A DNA stretch of 62,733 nt, the filler included, from Choristocarpus tenellus KU-1152 (Eukaryota > Protista > Phaeophyceae), in assembly GCA_964200185.2 (NCBI GenBank). It is 9 parts of 9 records of this genome, joined end to end, with 100 filler letters (N's around TTAATTAATTAA, not from the genome) between each part and the next. Parts side by side here need not be neighbours in the genome. Positions count along the whole stretch, not along the records: positions 56,476 to 62,733 come from CAXNAD020008548.1; 8 more parts are not named here. One strand, 5' to 3'. How positions within the stretch are numbered: the stretch's first letter is position 1; each line of letters starts with the position of its first letter. Made by a program: the position numbers and the translations under genes. This document shows, in pieces, positions 62,641 to 62,733 of the stretch. The notes under the pieces were generated by a model. The model searched no databases, was not told the origin of the DNA, and saw only the letters and a list, made by a program, of their open reading frames with translations.

Positions 62641-62733
62641 CAGGCTGTGTTACGAGCTTGACTTCCCCCCCCTCCCCCCCCCCCCGGCTTCGTTGAACTT
62701 CCGCGGGCGGGGGGCGTCTTTTCCTGTGTGGGG

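Noticed and set aside
1-62733. CRISPR array, rRNA or prokaryotic/viral operon
   Set aside because: No regularly spaced repeat-spacer array, rRNA signature or intronless gene-dense block.

Overview
Eukaryotic genomic DNA with long spliceosomal introns and many transposons. The gene set and intron style suggest a stramenopile, possibly a brown alga; this is inference only. The window is not contiguous: it is nine contigs joined by artificial 100-bp linkers (N44-TTAATTAATTAA-N44), so gene order across linkers means nothing. Supported genes: an armadillo-repeat protein (minus, partial), the C-terminal MogA/Cnx1G domain of a molybdenum-cofactor enzyme, a near-complete cytochrome P450, the 5' end of isocitrate lyase, a tRNA-Ala(TGC) and a 6-exon gene of about 1,520 aa. 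Mobile DNA includes a decayed chromodomain-bearing Ty3/Gypsy element, a decayed Ty1/Copia element with a PPT and candidate LTR, and two related MITE families with GRG...CYC ends; 4-bp TSDs are visible for family A (Sola2-like). The best novelty candidate is the 6-exon gene: a Pol-beta-type non-canonical poly(A)/terminal nucleotidyltransferase with intact catalytic motifs, spliced in frame to two C-terminal immunoglobulin I-set-like domains, with no visible signal peptide or TM segment. Exon models were built by hand from splice signals and phases, and family assignments come from motif recognition, not database searches.
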